Source: an uncultured Acidobacteriaceae bacterium
GTDB lineage: Bacteria > Acidobacteriota > Terriglobia > Terriglobales > Acidobacteriaceae
Direction of reading: 5' to 3'
NCBI GenBank assembly: GCA_963823805.1
Contig: CAWGMW010000002.1
Span: 255,845 to 319,844 of the forward strand
DNA length: 64,000 nucleotides
Within the stretch, counting starts at the first letter, position 1, and every line of letters starts with the position of its first letter. Shown piece after piece: positions 34,843-44,800 of this stretch. A program made the translations under genes and the position numbers. Below the pieces are notes generated by a model, which searched no databases, was not told where the DNA came from, and was given only the letters and a program-made list of their open reading frames with translations.

Positions 34843-37044
34843 ATGCCAAAGGCAGCTGTGGCGGCGGCATTGACGCTTTGTCTCGTTGCATTCTCGTCCC
34901 CTGTGCGCGCACAACAGACAATGCAGATTGCAACCAGCGTTGTTGACGCCCGGGAATCGCCAGCCGTTCCAAAGCATGCGGCTCTAGCCGCTGTTCCAGC
35001 CACGAGCACGACACTTGAAGTGAAGGCCACTTTGCAGGACGTGCATGCGGCTTTGGCGCCGGTTCCGCAGATTGAGGGTGAGGAAATCCGTTCGGCAGCG
35101 GGAAGCTATGGCGATGTTTCCCGCTACATCCAGGCGTTACCTGGCGTGGCGTGGAGTTCGGATCTTTCGAACGATGTGCTCGTCCGGAATGGTCATCCGG
35201 AAGAGAATCTCTTCGTCATCGACGGCGTCGAGTTTCCCGGCATCAGCCACCTGGCGCTGTCGGGGACCACGGGCGGATTCACTTCGATGATCGACTCGAC
35301 TGCCGTTGGCAGTATGGAGATGCGGCCGGGAGTCGTCGACGCATCCTATTCCAGCCGCCTTTCATCTCTCATCGAGTTGCGCACTCGGCAACTCGGCGAG
35401 GCGCCCGAGGAACGGAGCCTGTCGCTGGGCATTTCCGGCACCGGCGGGCTTTACCAGCGCTCTTTGCCGAAGAACGGAACGCTTTTGGTTTCGGCTCATC
35501 GCAGCATTCTGAATCTCGTCACCAACGACATCGGAATCAACGGCGTTCCCATCTACAGCAATCTTCTTACTCGGCTGGAGCTGGCGCCGGGCAGCCGCGA
35601 CAGCTTGACCATTCTCAGCCTTGGCGGCATCGATTCGATCAAGATGACGCCTTGCGCCGGAGACTGGGAGGTGACCAGTAGCGACCGAACTCAATACAGG
35701 GGATGGAGAGATACTGGAGCGCTGACCTGGAAGCACGCCTTCGACGCTCGGGTCGCTTCGGAGTTTACGGCTCAGTATTCAATCGCGCAGCAGGATATAA
35801 ACCAGCAGCAACAGAACGGCTACGTTTGGTCAGGGAATATCAAGACCTGCACTCCGATCACAACGACTCCGACGTACATGGAGAGCTCGCACAACGGGCT
35901 GCCGCGTGTGAACTTCACGGTGAGGGCCGCTTTGCGGGGATGGTTACTTTCGGCAGGAGCCGACGGCGGGCTCATGATCCCGAACGACGCCGTCGACCAG
36001 CCCAAGGGTCAGCTTTCGCCGTTTTCGGCCAGTACAACGGCCACCGACGCGGTAAGCTTTCATCGCCATATCGCGGCCGGCCAGGAAGCGGGTTTTTTTC
36101 AGGCCGAAAGCGCAATGGACAAACGATGGAATTTGATGGCGGGCTTGCGCGCCGAGGGTTTCGCCCTGGATGGGAGCTACGCGCTTGAGCCGCGTGTTTC
36201 GGTTGTCTACAGGCTGAGCGAGCGCCAAAGCCTGAACGCCTCGTGGAACGCGGCGGCTCAGCTTCCGCCGACAATGGATCTGCTGAGCTTTCCCGCAAAT
36301 CATCAACTGCGCCCGATCGAGGTGCGGCAGGCCACGGCGGGATTGCGGCTTTGGCAGGGCCGCTGGGGCACGCTGGACGCCGCGGCGTATTCCAAGCAGT
36401 ACCGGCGCGAGCCTATCTCAACGGAATTTCCGCAATTGATGCTCTTCAACATGGTCGACACGCTGGGTCAGTCCTTCGTGTGGCTGCCGCTCACGGATTC
36501 TGGCACGGCCAGCTCTCGTGGCGTGGAAGCGGTCTTGCGAGGTCACTGGGGTGAGCACGCGAGCCTGATGCTGTCGGCTTCGCGCTCGCAGTCCGAGTAC
36601 CGCGCTCTGGACGGCATTCGGCGAAACGGCAGCTACGATACGCCGGTGATGATCAACGCGGTGAACAGCTTTCGGTTGCCGCTGGGAATCGCGCTCAACA
36701 GCAAAGAGTCGTTCGCAAGCGGGCGCGTATATTGCCCCTTCGACTTGCCCGATTCGCTGGCTCAGATGCGAGGCATCTACGATCTGACCCGGATCAACGC
36801 GCTGCGGGGGCCGGTCTACAACCGGTTGGACGTAGAACTAGAGCGGCAATTCAGGATCGCAAAGGGAGAATTGGTGATTCAAGGCGGCGCGGAGAATATC
36901 CTCAATCGCGGCAACTTGCTTGGCTACGTGTGGCTGCAGAATTGCACCGCCGGTCTGCCTTGCACAAACGCCCAGGGGTTGCCCATCGCAAAAGTGGATC
37001 AGATCGGCCGCTTCCCTTCCTTTAGCGCACGGTACCGGTTCTGA
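34843..37044 (+). CDS. TonB-dependent receptor-like outer-membrane protein
   Basis: Signal peptide MPKAAVAAALTLCLVAFSSPVRAQ, plug-domain motifs (GDVSRYIQALPGVAWSSDLSNDVLVRNGHPEENLFVIDGVEF), a long beta-rich barrel, and a C-terminal aromatic residue (SARYRF). Confidence 0.75.
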   Translation: MPKAAVAAALTLCLVAFSSPVRAQQTMQIATSVVDARESPAVPKHAALAAVPATSTTLEVKATLQDVHAALAPVPQIEGEEIRSAAGSYGDVSRYIQALPGVAWSSDLSNDVLVRNGHPEENLFVIDGVEFPGISHLALSGTTGGFTSMIDSTAVGSMEMRPGVVDASYSSRLSSLIELRTRQLGEAPEERSLSLGISGTGGLYQRSLPKNGTLLVSAHRSILNLVTNDIGINGVPIYSNLLTRLELAPGSRDSLTILSLGGIDSIKMTPCAGDWEVTSSDRTQYRGWRDTGALTWKHAFDARVASEFTAQYSIAQQDINQQQQNGYVWSGNIKTCTPITTTPTYMESSHNGLPRVNFTVRAALRGWLLSAGADGGLMIPNDAVDQPKGQLSPFSASTTATDAVSFHRHIAAGQEAGFFQAESAMDKRWNLMAGLRAEGFALDGSYALEPRVSVVYRLSERQSLNASWNAAAQLPPTMDLLSFPANHQLRPIEVRQATAGLRLWQGRWGTLDAAAYSKQYRREPISTEFPQLMLFNMVDTLGQSFVWLPLTDSGTASSRGVEAVLRGHWGEHASLMLSASRSQSEYRALDGIRRNGSYDTPVMINAVNSFRLPLGIALNSKESFASGRVYCPFDLPDSLAQMRGIYDLTRINALRGPVYNRLDVELERQFRIAKGELVIQGGAENILNRGNLLGYVWLQNCTAGLPCTNAQGLPIAKVDQIGRFPSFSARYRF

Positions 37045-37131
37045 TCATACCGATTGCACTTTGCGCGAACAGGGGGTATTCGCACGATCGGCGGAAGGCA
37101 AGCTGGGATTCGAGGTGGGCGGCGTATAGGG

Positions 37132-37410
37132 TTACTTTTTTCCCGCGGTTGCCAGCGCCTTGAGGCGCGTGTTCAAGCGGCTCTTGTAACGGGAAACGGT
37201 GTTCGAGTGCAGAACGCCCTTTTGCACGCTCTTGTCGAGGGCAGAAACCGTGGCCCGGTATTGCGCCTGTGCTTCTTTCACGTCCCCCTTCGCGAGTGCC
37301 TCGCGCAGCGAGCGCAAACTCGAGCGTACGCGGCTGCGGTTGGCGCGATTCACTTCGGTGCGGGTTACGGTCTGGCGGGCGCGCTTGAGCGCCGATACGT
37401 GGTTTGCCAT
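37132..37410 (-). CDS. rpsT: 30S ribosomal protein S20
   Basis: [38 protein letters not shown] is the S20 family signature. Confidence 0.95.
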   Translation of the reverse strand: MANHVSALKRARQTVTRTEVNRANRSRVRSSLRSLREALAKGDVKEAQAQYRATVSALDKSVQKGVLHSNTVSRYKSRLNTRLKALATAGKK

Positions 37411-37665
37411 GGTTGTGCTTCCATCTCCAAAGCCTGAATTGCAGGGTTGGTCCTGACTTCAGGAAAAATGTTGCGGGGTAGAGGCCAAATCGAGCCTGAC
37501 TCGTTCGAGCTGCACCCCTCGCAACCTCTAAGTCTACGGGAATTTGCGGGGTGGGTCAAACGCTCCCGGGACGCGAACTTTGACGAAGATTCTGCGGCGC
37601 GGGACGCCGGAGCTCTATCCCGGAACTCTATCGATGAAAAGCACTTTTCAGCAGGTCAAGCCGGT

Positions 37666-37694
37666 TTGACCCGGTTTCGGCAGCCCGGTATACT
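37666..37694 (+). promoter_or_regulatory. sigma-70-like promoter TTGACC-17 nt-TATACT upstream of the tRNA-Gly/Cys genes
   Basis: TTGACC at 37666-37671, a 17-nt spacer, and TATACT at 37689-37694. Consensus match only. Confidence 0.4.
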
Positions 37695-37708
37695 CGAAAC
37701 TGCGTTAC

Positions 37709-37820
37709 ACCGGTTCCTGAGTTTCTGTATCCCGAAGCCATTGCACTCAAGTGGCTCTTTCCTCATGAAAGAGCCACCTTGCACGACTTCTGAAACGGCT
37801 ACATCAACTCAGGAACCGGT
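37709..37820 (+). ncRNA. structured leader immediately 5' of tRNA-Gly (14-bp closing stem plus 11-bp internal hairpin)
   Basis: ACCGGTTCCTGAGT (37709-37722) is the perfect complement of ACTCAGGAACCGGT (37807-37820). Internal hairpin GTGGCTCTTTC-CTCAT-GAAAGAGCCAC at 37751-37777. The element ends 4 nt before the tRNA. Confidence 0.35.
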
Positions 37821-37824
37821 CTAA

Positions 37825-37899
37825 GCGGGAGTAGCTCAGTGGTAGAGCATCGCCTTGCCAAGGCGAGGGTCGCGAGTTCAAGTCTCGTCTCCCGCTCCA
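37825..37899 (+). tRNA. tRNA-Gly (anticodon GCC)
   Basis: GCGGGAG-TA-GCTC-AGTGGTA-GAGC-A-TCGCC-TTGCCAA-GGCGA-GGGTC-GCGAG-TTCAAGT-CTCGT-CTCCCGC-T-CCA. Confidence 0.95.
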
Positions 37900-37977
37900 T
37901 TCTGCATTTCTCCGGCTCTTGCAAACCGGGCGAAGAGTGGAATGAGAGATCCGCAACCCGTGTGGCAGGCAGCCCAA

Positions 37978-38052
37978 GGCGCGGTACCCAAGTGGTAAGG
38001 GAGAGGTCTGCAAAACCTTTATGCGCCGGTTCGATCCCGGCCCGCGCCTCCA
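37978..38052 (+). tRNA. tRNA-Cys (anticodon GCA)
   Basis: GGCGCGG...GAGGT-CTGCAAA-ACCTT...GCCGG-TTCGATC-CCGGC-CCGCGCC-T-CCA, with an A13:A22-type D-arm as in E. coli tRNA-Cys. Confidence 0.9.
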
Positions 38053-38241
38053 AATTTTTCTCTTGCGGCTAGCTCATTTCATCCTTTTCATGCCAACCCA
38101 ATCATTCCTTCTCCGTCGGCGTGAAGGGCAGGGCGGGCCTGTTTTGCGCTCCCAAACCATCACCAACTGCACAAGCAACCTCACGCAAAAAGCTCACTGC
38201 TCGCCCGTATGTCTCCACGTTAGAGTTGGTATAGTGCGATC

Positions 38242-38877
38242 ATGTTCAACGTCTTGATCCAAAGTGCTCCAAAGCCTAAGAGCCATGGCGTAACTTCGAT
38301 GTTCCTCCACCTGGGAGCACTCGGCCTCTTCTTCGTCGCCATCATTGATAGCTCTCCTCTGCCGACATTTGGCGGGCCGGACATTTTGACCGCAATTCTC
38401 GCTGGCCAGCAACGCAATCCGTGGTACGAATATGCAGCTTTCGCCACGGCAGGGTCGGTGGTTGGAGCCTACCTGACCTTCAGAATCGCCAGAAAAGCCG
38501 GTGCAGCGTACCTGCATAGCAAGTTTGGCAGCCGGAGGGTGGATTCAATGCTCCAATTGTTCAAGAAATGGGGTACCGGCGCTCTCGTCGCTTCAACAGC
38601 GATTCCGTTTCCCTTTCCTACGAGCTTGTTTTTCGCGTCAGCAGGCGCTTCGAATTATCGCGTTGGAAAGTTTCTGACTGTGGTGACCGTCTGCCGGGGT
38701 GCGCGATACACGCTCATTGCCGTCATCGCCGATCACTATGGCCGTCATTTTGTCCGCGTTCTGCGCCATCCCGTCCAATACTGGGGCTGGTTGCTTGTCT
38801 TCGCGGCCATCATTCTCGCCGTGATTATGGCTGGAATTGTGGTGAATAGGCGACTCGAGGCTGCAACAGCTGCTTGA
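38242..38877 (+). CDS. DedA/YqaA-family (VTT domain) membrane protein
   Basis: FLHLGALGLFFVAIIDSSPLPTFGGPDILTAILAG and four further TM segments, typical of YqaA-like proteins. Confidence 0.72.
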   Translation: MFNVLIQSAPKPKSHGVTSMFLHLGALGLFFVAIIDSSPLPTFGGPDILTAILAGQQRNPWYEYAAFATAGSVVGAYLTFRIARKAGAAYLHSKFGSRRVDSMLQLFKKWGTGALVASTAIPFPFPTSLFFASAGASNYRVGKFLTVVTVCRGARYTLIAVIADHYGRHFVRVLRHPVQYWGWLLVFAAIILAVIMAGIVVNRRLEAATAA

Positions 38878-38918
38878 GGCAGGAGACGAAATCCATCCCA
38901 GTGGGCGAGGATTGTGCC

Positions 38919-39971
38919 ATGGCCGAAATGGAAAACGATGAATTGCGGCAGCAGTTTGCCAGCGACAACTACGCGGGAATTTGCCCCGAGGCGTGGATGG
39001 CCACGGATGCCGCCAATCGCGGGCACGTGACGTCGTATGGCGACGATCCGTGGACGGCCAAAGCGTCCGACGCGTTCCGGAACCTGTTTGAAACGGCTTG
39101 CGAGGTCTACTTTGTCTTCAACGGCACCGCCGCCAATTCGCTGGCGCTGGCATCGCTCTGCCAGTCCTATCACAGCGTAATCTGCTCTGACCAGGCGCAC
39201 GTGGAGACAGACGAGTGCGGCGCGCCGGAGTTCTTCTCGAACGGTTCGAAACTCCTCGTGGCGGCGAGCCCGGAGGGAAAACTTACACCCGGCGCGATTC
39301 GTGAGCTGGCAACGAAGCGCAGCGATATTCACTATCCCAAGCCGCGCGTCGTGTCGATCACGCAATCCACTGAAACCGGGCGCGTCTACTCGCTCGCCGA
39401 ATTGCGCGCGATCTCTGAGGAATGTCGCAAGCGCGGGCTGTCGCTGCACATGGACGGCGCGCGCTTTGCCAACGCATGCGCCAGCCTGGGCTGTTCGCCG
39501 GCGGAGATGAGTTGGAAGAGCGGCGTGGATGTTCTGTGCTTTGGCGGAGCCAAGAATGGCATGGCAATGGGAGAAGCTGTCCTGTTCTTTGATCCTGTGT
39601 TGGCAACCGACTTCGACTACCGCTGCAAACAGGCGGGACAACTGGCGGCCAAGATGCGGTTTCTTTCGGCGCCTTGGGTCGGCATGCTGGAGGGCGGCGC
39701 ATGGCTGCGAAACGCCGAGCACGCCAACCGCTGCGCGCGGCAGTTCGCGTCGCAGCTTGCGGAGATTCCCGGCGTGAAGCTCGCACAGCCCGTCGAAGCC
39801 AACGCGGTGTTTGTTGAGGCGCCGGAGAAGGTTCTTACTGAACTTCGTGCGCGAGGATGGAGCTTCTACACCTTCATTGGCGGCGCGGCACGCTTTATGT
39901 TTTCGTGGGACAGCGATCCCAGGCGCATCGATGCGCTGAGCTCCGATCTGCGGGAGTGCGCCGCCGTGTAA
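38919..39971 (+). CDS. ltaE: low-specificity L-threonine aldolase (beta-eliminating lyase fold)
   Basis: FASDNYAGICPEAW, the PLP-lysine context FGGAKNGMAMGEAV, and family-length alignment. Start taken at ATG 38919, preceded by GAGGA. Confidence 0.85.
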   Translation: MAEMENDELRQQFASDNYAGICPEAWMATDAANRGHVTSYGDDPWTAKASDAFRNLFETACEVYFVFNGTAANSLALASLCQSYHSVICSDQAHVETDECGAPEFFSNGSKLLVAASPEGKLTPGAIRELATKRSDIHYPKPRVVSITQSTETGRVYSLAELRAISEECRKRGLSLHMDGARFANACASLGCSPAEMSWKSGVDVLCFGGAKNGMAMGEAVLFFDPVLATDFDYRCKQAGQLAAKMRFLSAPWVGMLEGGAWLRNAEHANRCARQFASQLAEIPGVKLAQPVEANAVFVEAPEKVLTELRARGWSFYTFIGGAARFMFSWDSDPRRIDALSSDLRECAAV

Positions 39972-40513
39972 CGCTTCAGAATCATTTCCTTGTAACGCCG
40001 GCCTCAGGCCGGCTGTAATGGCGGCGTCCGCGCCCTCACTACCCGAACTCTCTCCCGTTCACCGCAGGCGCGTCCCTCATTTGTTGTCAAGCCCCCAGGC
40101 CAACTCTCACCGCTGCCAACTCCTCCCTAACTCCCGTCTTTTCTGATCACTGACCCCTGTTCACTTTTCTCTGTGAAGTTTGCCGATTATTTCGCCCATT
40201 TCGCTATGCTTTATCTAAGTAGCAAAAACAGGGCGTCGCTCTTCTCTTTGAGAGCTGGCGGCGGTTCGGCGTCTAAGTTGGGCATGACTGACTCCCCGAG
40301 CAGCCGCCATTTTTTGCCAAACTCCAAACGGGACGATTTCGCCCGATTGCCGACCTGGCAACTCCGCTAGCAACGCTAACTCCAATGCATTGCCCTTAAG
40401 TCCTTTAGAAGGCCATACTTGGATTCTAACCCCTTTGGAATCATAGGCTTAGCGGACTTAATCCTTAATCCAAGTCATTGAAAACAAAGAACTTGACCCC
40501 AAAAATGGCGCCT

Positions 40514-40531
40514 CCCCCCCCCCGGGGGGGG
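40514..40531. repeat. perfect C9G9 homopolymer palindrome
   Basis: CCCCCCCCCGGGGGGGGG, confirmed by the PPPGGG translation of ORF 40475-40840. Lies 46 nt downstream of the oxidoreductase stop at 40578. Confidence 0.9.
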
Positions 40532-40577
40532 TATCAAATAGTAAACACCGGCTCGCAGCGCAAAGAGGCGTTCGCCG

Positions 40578-41588
40578 CTACCCCTCCACCGCTTCCCACT
40601 GGCCCGATTTACCCGACCGGAGGATGGCCTCAATGACCGCCATGTTGGCGATTGAGTCTTCCAGCGGCACCGGAACCTCGGTGTTCTCAAATACGGCTCT
40701 GGCAAAGGCGTCTCCCTGCAGCGTGTACTGATCGGATGAAGGGAAAGATTCCATCGTGATTCCACTGAAGCTGAGATCGCCGGACGCGTCGATGTAGAGC
40801 CGCGTGGGGCGGTCGATGGGCGCGTTAAACGGAATCTCAATTTCGATTCGGCCGTGCGTGCCCAGAATCTGGACGCGCTGAAATGGGATCTGCTGTGTGC
40901 TGCACGTAAAAATCGCGTGGCCGGAGCCGAAGTCGAGCATTGCCGAGGTCAGCCGGTCGGTGCCCATCTGCGGATCGCGATCGACAAGCGCAACCACACG
41001 CCGCGGCTCCTGGCCGAAAGCAAAGCGCGACGCTTGAATGCAGTAGCAGCCGATGTCGTACGCGGCGCCGCCGCCTGTCTCAATCTGGTTGCGGATGTTC
41101 GCCGTGTCCACGTTGAAGTAACTGAAGTGCGCATTGACGGCGCGGATTTCTCCGATGCGGCCTTCGTCGAGGAGTTGGCGCACGCGCAGCCACTGCGGCG
41201 CGCTGCGGATCATGAAGGCTTCCGAGATCTTGACGCCGGTGCGGGCGCGGACGTCGAGCAGCGTCTTGGCCTCGGCCAGTGTCATGCTCAACGGTTTTTC
41301 GCAGAGCACGTGCTTGCCGGCTTCGGCGGCTTTTTGGGTCCACGGGACGTGGAGCTGGTTGGGCAGCGGATTGTAGATGGCGTCGATGTTCGGGTCGGCG
41401 ATCAGCTCCTCGTAGGAGCCGTAGGCCGTGGGAACGCCGAGTTGCGTGGATGCCTCGCGGGCCTTCGTCAGATCGCGGGAGGCAATTGCGGTAACGGTCG
41501 TGAACTCGCCCTCCTGCATCGCAGGGATCACTTTTTTCAGGCCGATGTTAGCGGTGCTGAGGACGCCAAAACGAAGTTTCGTCGACAT
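40578..41588 (-). CDS. Gfo/Idh/MocA-family oxidoreductase
   Basis: Rossmann N-terminus MSTKLRFGVLSTANIGLKKVIPAM, the EKPL motif (VLCEKPLSMT), and a C-terminal GFO_IDH_MocA_C region. Start at ATG 41588 rather than the longest ORF. Confidence 0.85.
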   Translation of the reverse strand: MSTKLRFGVLSTANIGLKKVIPAMQEGEFTTVTAIASRDLTKAREASTQLGVPTAYGSYEELIADPNIDAIYNPLPNQLHVPWTQKAAEAGKHVLCEKPLSMTLAEAKTLLDVRARTGVKISEAFMIRSAPQWLRVRQLLDEGRIGEIRAVNAHFSYFNVDTANIRNQIETGGGAAYDIGCYCIQASRFAFGQEPRRVVALVDRDPQMGTDRLTSAMLDFGSGHAIFTCSTQQIPFQRVQILGTHGRIEIEIPFNAPIDRPTRLYIDASGDLSFSGITMESFPSSDQYTLQGDAFARAVFENTEVPVPLEDSIANMAVIEAILRSGKSGQWEAVEG

Positions 41589-41628
41589 AACGGCATGATA
41601 ACGCTGAGCCCGGCCGATGATATGCGGC

Positions 41629-42192
41629 TCACGCGTGGTGGATAGCCAAGGCAATTGCCTCGGCCGCATTGGCGGCAACGCGGATGAGCTCCCGGTTGCG
41701 AGCTTCGATGAACCCGGCAGCCACTGCCGTGTCGAGGAAGGCAAGCAGGCCGCTCCAATAATTGAGCGTGTTGATCAGGATGCATGGCTTCGCATGAAGG
41801 CCGATCTGAGCCCAGGTGATCGCTTCAAACAACTCGTCGAGGGTGCCGTAACCACCGGGCAACACCAGGATCGCGTCGGAGAGCTCATGAATACGGGCTT
41901 TGCGCTCGTGCATGGTGGAGACAAGCTCGAGCGAGGTTAGGTTTTTGTGCGCGATCTCGCGGCCACTGAGAGCATCCGGCAGCACGCCGATGACTTCTCC
42001 GCCTGCTGCGAGCGCCGCATCGGCCACTGCACCCATCAGGCCGCGGCACGCTCCGCCATAGACCAAACCAAGACCGGCTTTGGCGATCGCCGTGCCGAGA
42101 GCCGTCGCCTCGGCGCGAAAAGCCGGGTTGTCTCCGATGGCTGATCCGCAGAAGACGGCAACGCGGCGAAGCCGCTTAGGTGAGTCAGTCAT
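41629..42192 (-). CDS. LOG-family nucleotide phosphoribohydrolase (TIGR00730)
   Basis: PGGYGTLDELFE and VYGGACRGLMGAVADAA motifs. Confidence 0.85.
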   Translation of the reverse strand: MTDSPKRLRRVAVFCGSAIGDNPAFRAEATALGTAIAKAGLGLVYGGACRGLMGAVADAALAAGGEVIGVLPDALSGREIAHKNLTSLELVSTMHERKARIHELSDAILVLPGGYGTLDELFEAITWAQIGLHAKPCILINTLNYWSGLLAFLDTAVAAGFIEARNRELIRVAANAAEAIALAIHHA

Positions 42193-42222
42193 TATGCTTT
42201 CAGAATAACGGGCCAGGGGTGC

Positions 42223-43314
42223 TTACTTCCTGGCGGATACGCAGACAGAGGCGACTTGCGCCGGTTGAGGATCGGGAAAGTACCTGCGCTGAAAAAAGAG
42301 TGCAACGTTGACAAGAGCAATCATCACGGGCACTTCAACCAGAGGCCCGATCACTGCGGCAAAAGCGGCGCCAGAATTGATGCCGAAGACGGAGACGGCG
42401 ACAGCGATGGCCAGCTCGAAGTTGTTGGATGCTGCAGTGAAGGCCAGCGTCGTGGTTTTGGAGTAGTCCGCGCCAAGCTTACGGCCCATATAAAACGAGA
42501 CCAGGAACATGACCACGAAATAGACCAAAAGCGGTGCGGCAATCCTCAGGACATCGAGTGGGAGGCGAACAATATAGCTCCCTTTTAGTGAGAACATGAC
42601 CACGATGGTGAAGAGGAGGGCGACAAGGGTGAGTGGGCTAACTCGCGGGACGAAGTTGCGCTCGTACCAAGCTAGGCCTCTGGCTCGGACAAGGGCTGTG
42701 CGCGTAAGGAATCCGGCGAGGCACGGAATGCCCAGATAAATGAAGACGCTCTGCGCGATTTGGCCAATGGAGACATGGACGACTGCGCCCTGCAGTCCGA
42801 GTTTTACCGGCAGAACGGTGATGAAGACCCAGGCGTACAGCGAATAGAAGCAGACCTGAAAGAGAGAATTGAAGGCCACCAGGCCGGCGGCGTATTCGGT
42901 GTCACCTTTGGCTAGCTCGTTCCAGACGATGACCATCGCGATGCAGCGGGCCAGACCAATCATAATGAGGCCGGCCATGTATTCCGGGTATCCGCGCAGA
43001 AACACGACGGCAAGAACGAACATGAGGACAGGCCCAATGATCCAGTTCTGAAGCAAAGAGAGACCAAGCACCTTCTTGTTGCGAAAGACTTCGTGCAGTT
43101 CGTCGTACCGCACCTTGGTGAAGGGCGGGTACATCATTACGATCAGGCCCACCGCAATGGGGATGGAGGTGGTGCCGATGCTGAAGCGGTCGAGAAAAGG
43201 AACGACGCCGGGGACGAGCCATCCGAGTGCCACGCCGGCCACCATGGCGGCGAAGATCCAGGCGGTGAGATAGCGATCAAGAAACGAAAGCCGGCCAGTG
43301 ACCTTCATGAGCAA
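42223..43314 (-). CDS. acr3: arsenite efflux transporter, ACR3 family
   Basis: [25 protein letters not shown]-terminus, 10 TM segments, and arsenic-locus context. Confidence 0.9.
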   Translation of the reverse strand: MLMKVTGRLSFLDRYLTAWIFAAMVAGVALGWLVPGVVPFLDRFSIGTTSIPIAVGLIVMMYPPFTKVRYDELHEVFRNKKVLGLSLLQNWIIGPVLMFVLAVVFLRGYPEYMAGLIMIGLARCIAMVIVWNELAKGDTEYAAGLVAFNSLFQVCFYSLYAWVFITVLPVKLGLQGAVVHVSIGQIAQSVFIYLGIPCLAGFLTRTALVRARGLAWYERNFVPRVSPLTLVALLFTIVVMFSLKGSYIVRLPLDVLRIAAPLLVYFVVMFLVSFYMGRKLGADYSKTTTLAFTAASNNFELAIAVAVSVFGINSGAAFAAVIGPLVEVPVMIALVNVALFFQRRYFPDPQPAQVASVCVSARK

Positions 43315-43361
43315 TCCTCAAAGAAAAAATTTGCGCGCTGCCTTGTGACGCGAGCCGCCGG

Positions 43362-43853
43362 TCAGGAACGGCCGATCTTGTCGATCTCGCGTTGGATGGC
43401 GAGCTGATCGAGCGACACAAGCGGCAACGCAAGCAGCAGACTGATGCGCCGGTCGAGGATGGAAAAGGCGTCTCGAAAGGCTCGTTCAATTTGCTCAGGC
43501 GTTCCCGTCGCCGCTGCGGGATCGGGCACACCCCAATGCGCGGTCATGGGCTGGCCGGGCCAGAAAGGGCAGGCTTCCTTCGCCGCGTTATCGCAGACGG
43601 TGAAGACGAAGTTCATTTTGGGCGCGCTGGGCGCGGAGAACTCGTCCCAGGATTTGCTGCGCAGACCCGCCGTCGGTATGTGCGCAAAGTCAAGCTGTCT
43701 TAGCGCTTCGGGCCGAACCGTGCCAGACGGATGACTTCCGGCACTATAGGCAGTAAAAATGCCTTTGCCCTTGCGATTCAAGATGGCCTCAGCCAGAATC
43801 GACCGCGCGGAGTTTCCGGTGCAGAGAAAAAGAACGTTGTAATGGTTGGGCAT
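43362..43853 (-). CDS. arsC: arsenate reductase (thioredoxin-coupled, LMW-PTPase fold)
   Basis: P-loop VLFLCTGNSARSILAEA plus downstream Cys residues. Start at MPNHYN (43853), not the 249-aa ORF. Confidence 0.9.
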   Translation of the reverse strand: MPNHYNVLFLCTGNSARSILAEAILNRKGKGIFTAYSAGSHPSGTVRPEALRQLDFAHIPTAGLRSKSWDEFSAPSAPKMNFVFTVCDNAAKEACPFWPGQPMTAHWGVPDPAAATGTPEQIERAFRDAFSILDRRISLLLALPLVSLDQLAIQREIDKIGRS

Positions 43854-43863
43854 GATTCGGCTC

Positions 43864-44724
43864 CTATGCCGCGGCTCCGCCGCAGCATCCAGATGCGCAG
43901 CATTTGGGTTGAGGTTTGAGGGCGCGGATAAAGGCGCTGAGGAATTTGCCATCGACCTCGGGAGCGATCGCATCAACGTCGACACCCGCTTCGCCGAGTG
44001 ACTGGCGCGCATCCTCGGCGTTGTAGATGCGAGTGGGCTCGAAGGAGACATCCACAAACCCGGCGGCGATAAGCCGCGCGCGATAGTCCTGCTCTTCGAG
44101 AGCGCCCGCAATGCAGCCTACCCACAACAACATGCTCTGGCGCACAGCGTCTGGAACCTGGCCGCGCACGACAACGTCGGAGACGGCGAAGCGGCCGCCC
44201 GGCTTGAGCACGCGAAACGCCTCACGCAAAACGCGGTCCTTGTCGGCGGAGAGGTTGATGACGCAGTTGGAGATGATGACGTCAACCGAGTTATCGGCTA
44301 GTGGGATGTTTTCGATCTCGCCTTTGAGAAACTCAACGTTGTCGACACCTGCCTTGCGCTGGTTTTCACGGGCAAGGGCAAGCATCTCGTCGGTCATGTC
44401 AAGGCCGTAGGCTTTGCCGCCGGGAGCCACGCGTCGCGCGGAAAGCAGCACGTCAATGCCGCCGCCGGAACCGAGGTCGAGGACGACTTCGCCGGGCTTC
44501 AACTCAATGAGTGCGGTGGGATTGCCGCAGCCTAGCGAGGCCTGCACAGCCTTCTCCGGGATGAGGCCCTTTTCACTGTCGCTGTAAAGATTCGTGGTGA
44601 TTGGGTCGCAGCAGCGGAGGCCGGGATCACAACAGGCCTGCAAACTGCCTGCCTCTGACACCGCGCGCGCGGCGTCACCGTATTTCTTCCTGACTTGTTC
44701 CTTCACTTCCGCCTGGACTGCCAT
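43864..44724 (-). CDS. arsM: arsenite S-adenosylmethionine methyltransferase
   Basis: Paired cysteines ([14 protein letters not shown]), SAM motif [16 protein letters not shown], conserved SNCVINLS, and a Cys-rich C-terminus. Start at [16 protein letters not shown] (44724). Confidence 0.85.
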   Translation of the reverse strand: MAVQAEVKEQVRKKYGDAARAVSEAGSLQACCDPGLRCCDPITTNLYSDSEKGLIPEKAVQASLGCGNPTALIELKPGEVVLDLGSGGGIDVLLSARRVAPGGKAYGLDMTDEMLALARENQRKAGVDNVEFLKGEIENIPLADNSVDVIISNCVINLSADKDRVLREAFRVLKPGGRFAVSDVVVRGQVPDAVRQSMLLWVGCIAGALEEQDYRARLIAAGFVDVSFEPTRIYNAEDARQSLGEAGVDVDAIAPEVDGKFLSAFIRALKPQPKCCASGCCGGAAA

Positions 44725-44800
44725 TCGCCTCCCCCATTCGTATATGCCTAAGCAAATATATTGCTGGTATTCATATTTGTCAAGGCGTATATTTGTGGAG

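Noticed and set aside
39997-40013. Hairpin GCCGGCC-TCA-GGCCGGC after ltaE as a rho-independent terminator or REP copy
   Set aside because: No U-tract follows it, and the sequence does not match the 29-nt REP consensus flanking the RAYT gene. It is too generic to call.
40173-40370. 65-aa ORF in the low-GC spacer
   Set aside because: GTG start, no RBS, Ser/Leu/Arg-rich composition, and no similarity that I recognise.
44725-44800. Defined ArsR operator (TCAT-N7-TTTG type)
   Set aside because: TCAT and TTTG words are present, but not at the canonical spacing. Only imperfect repeats are visible, so the spacer is mentioned in the ars finding rather than called as a feature.
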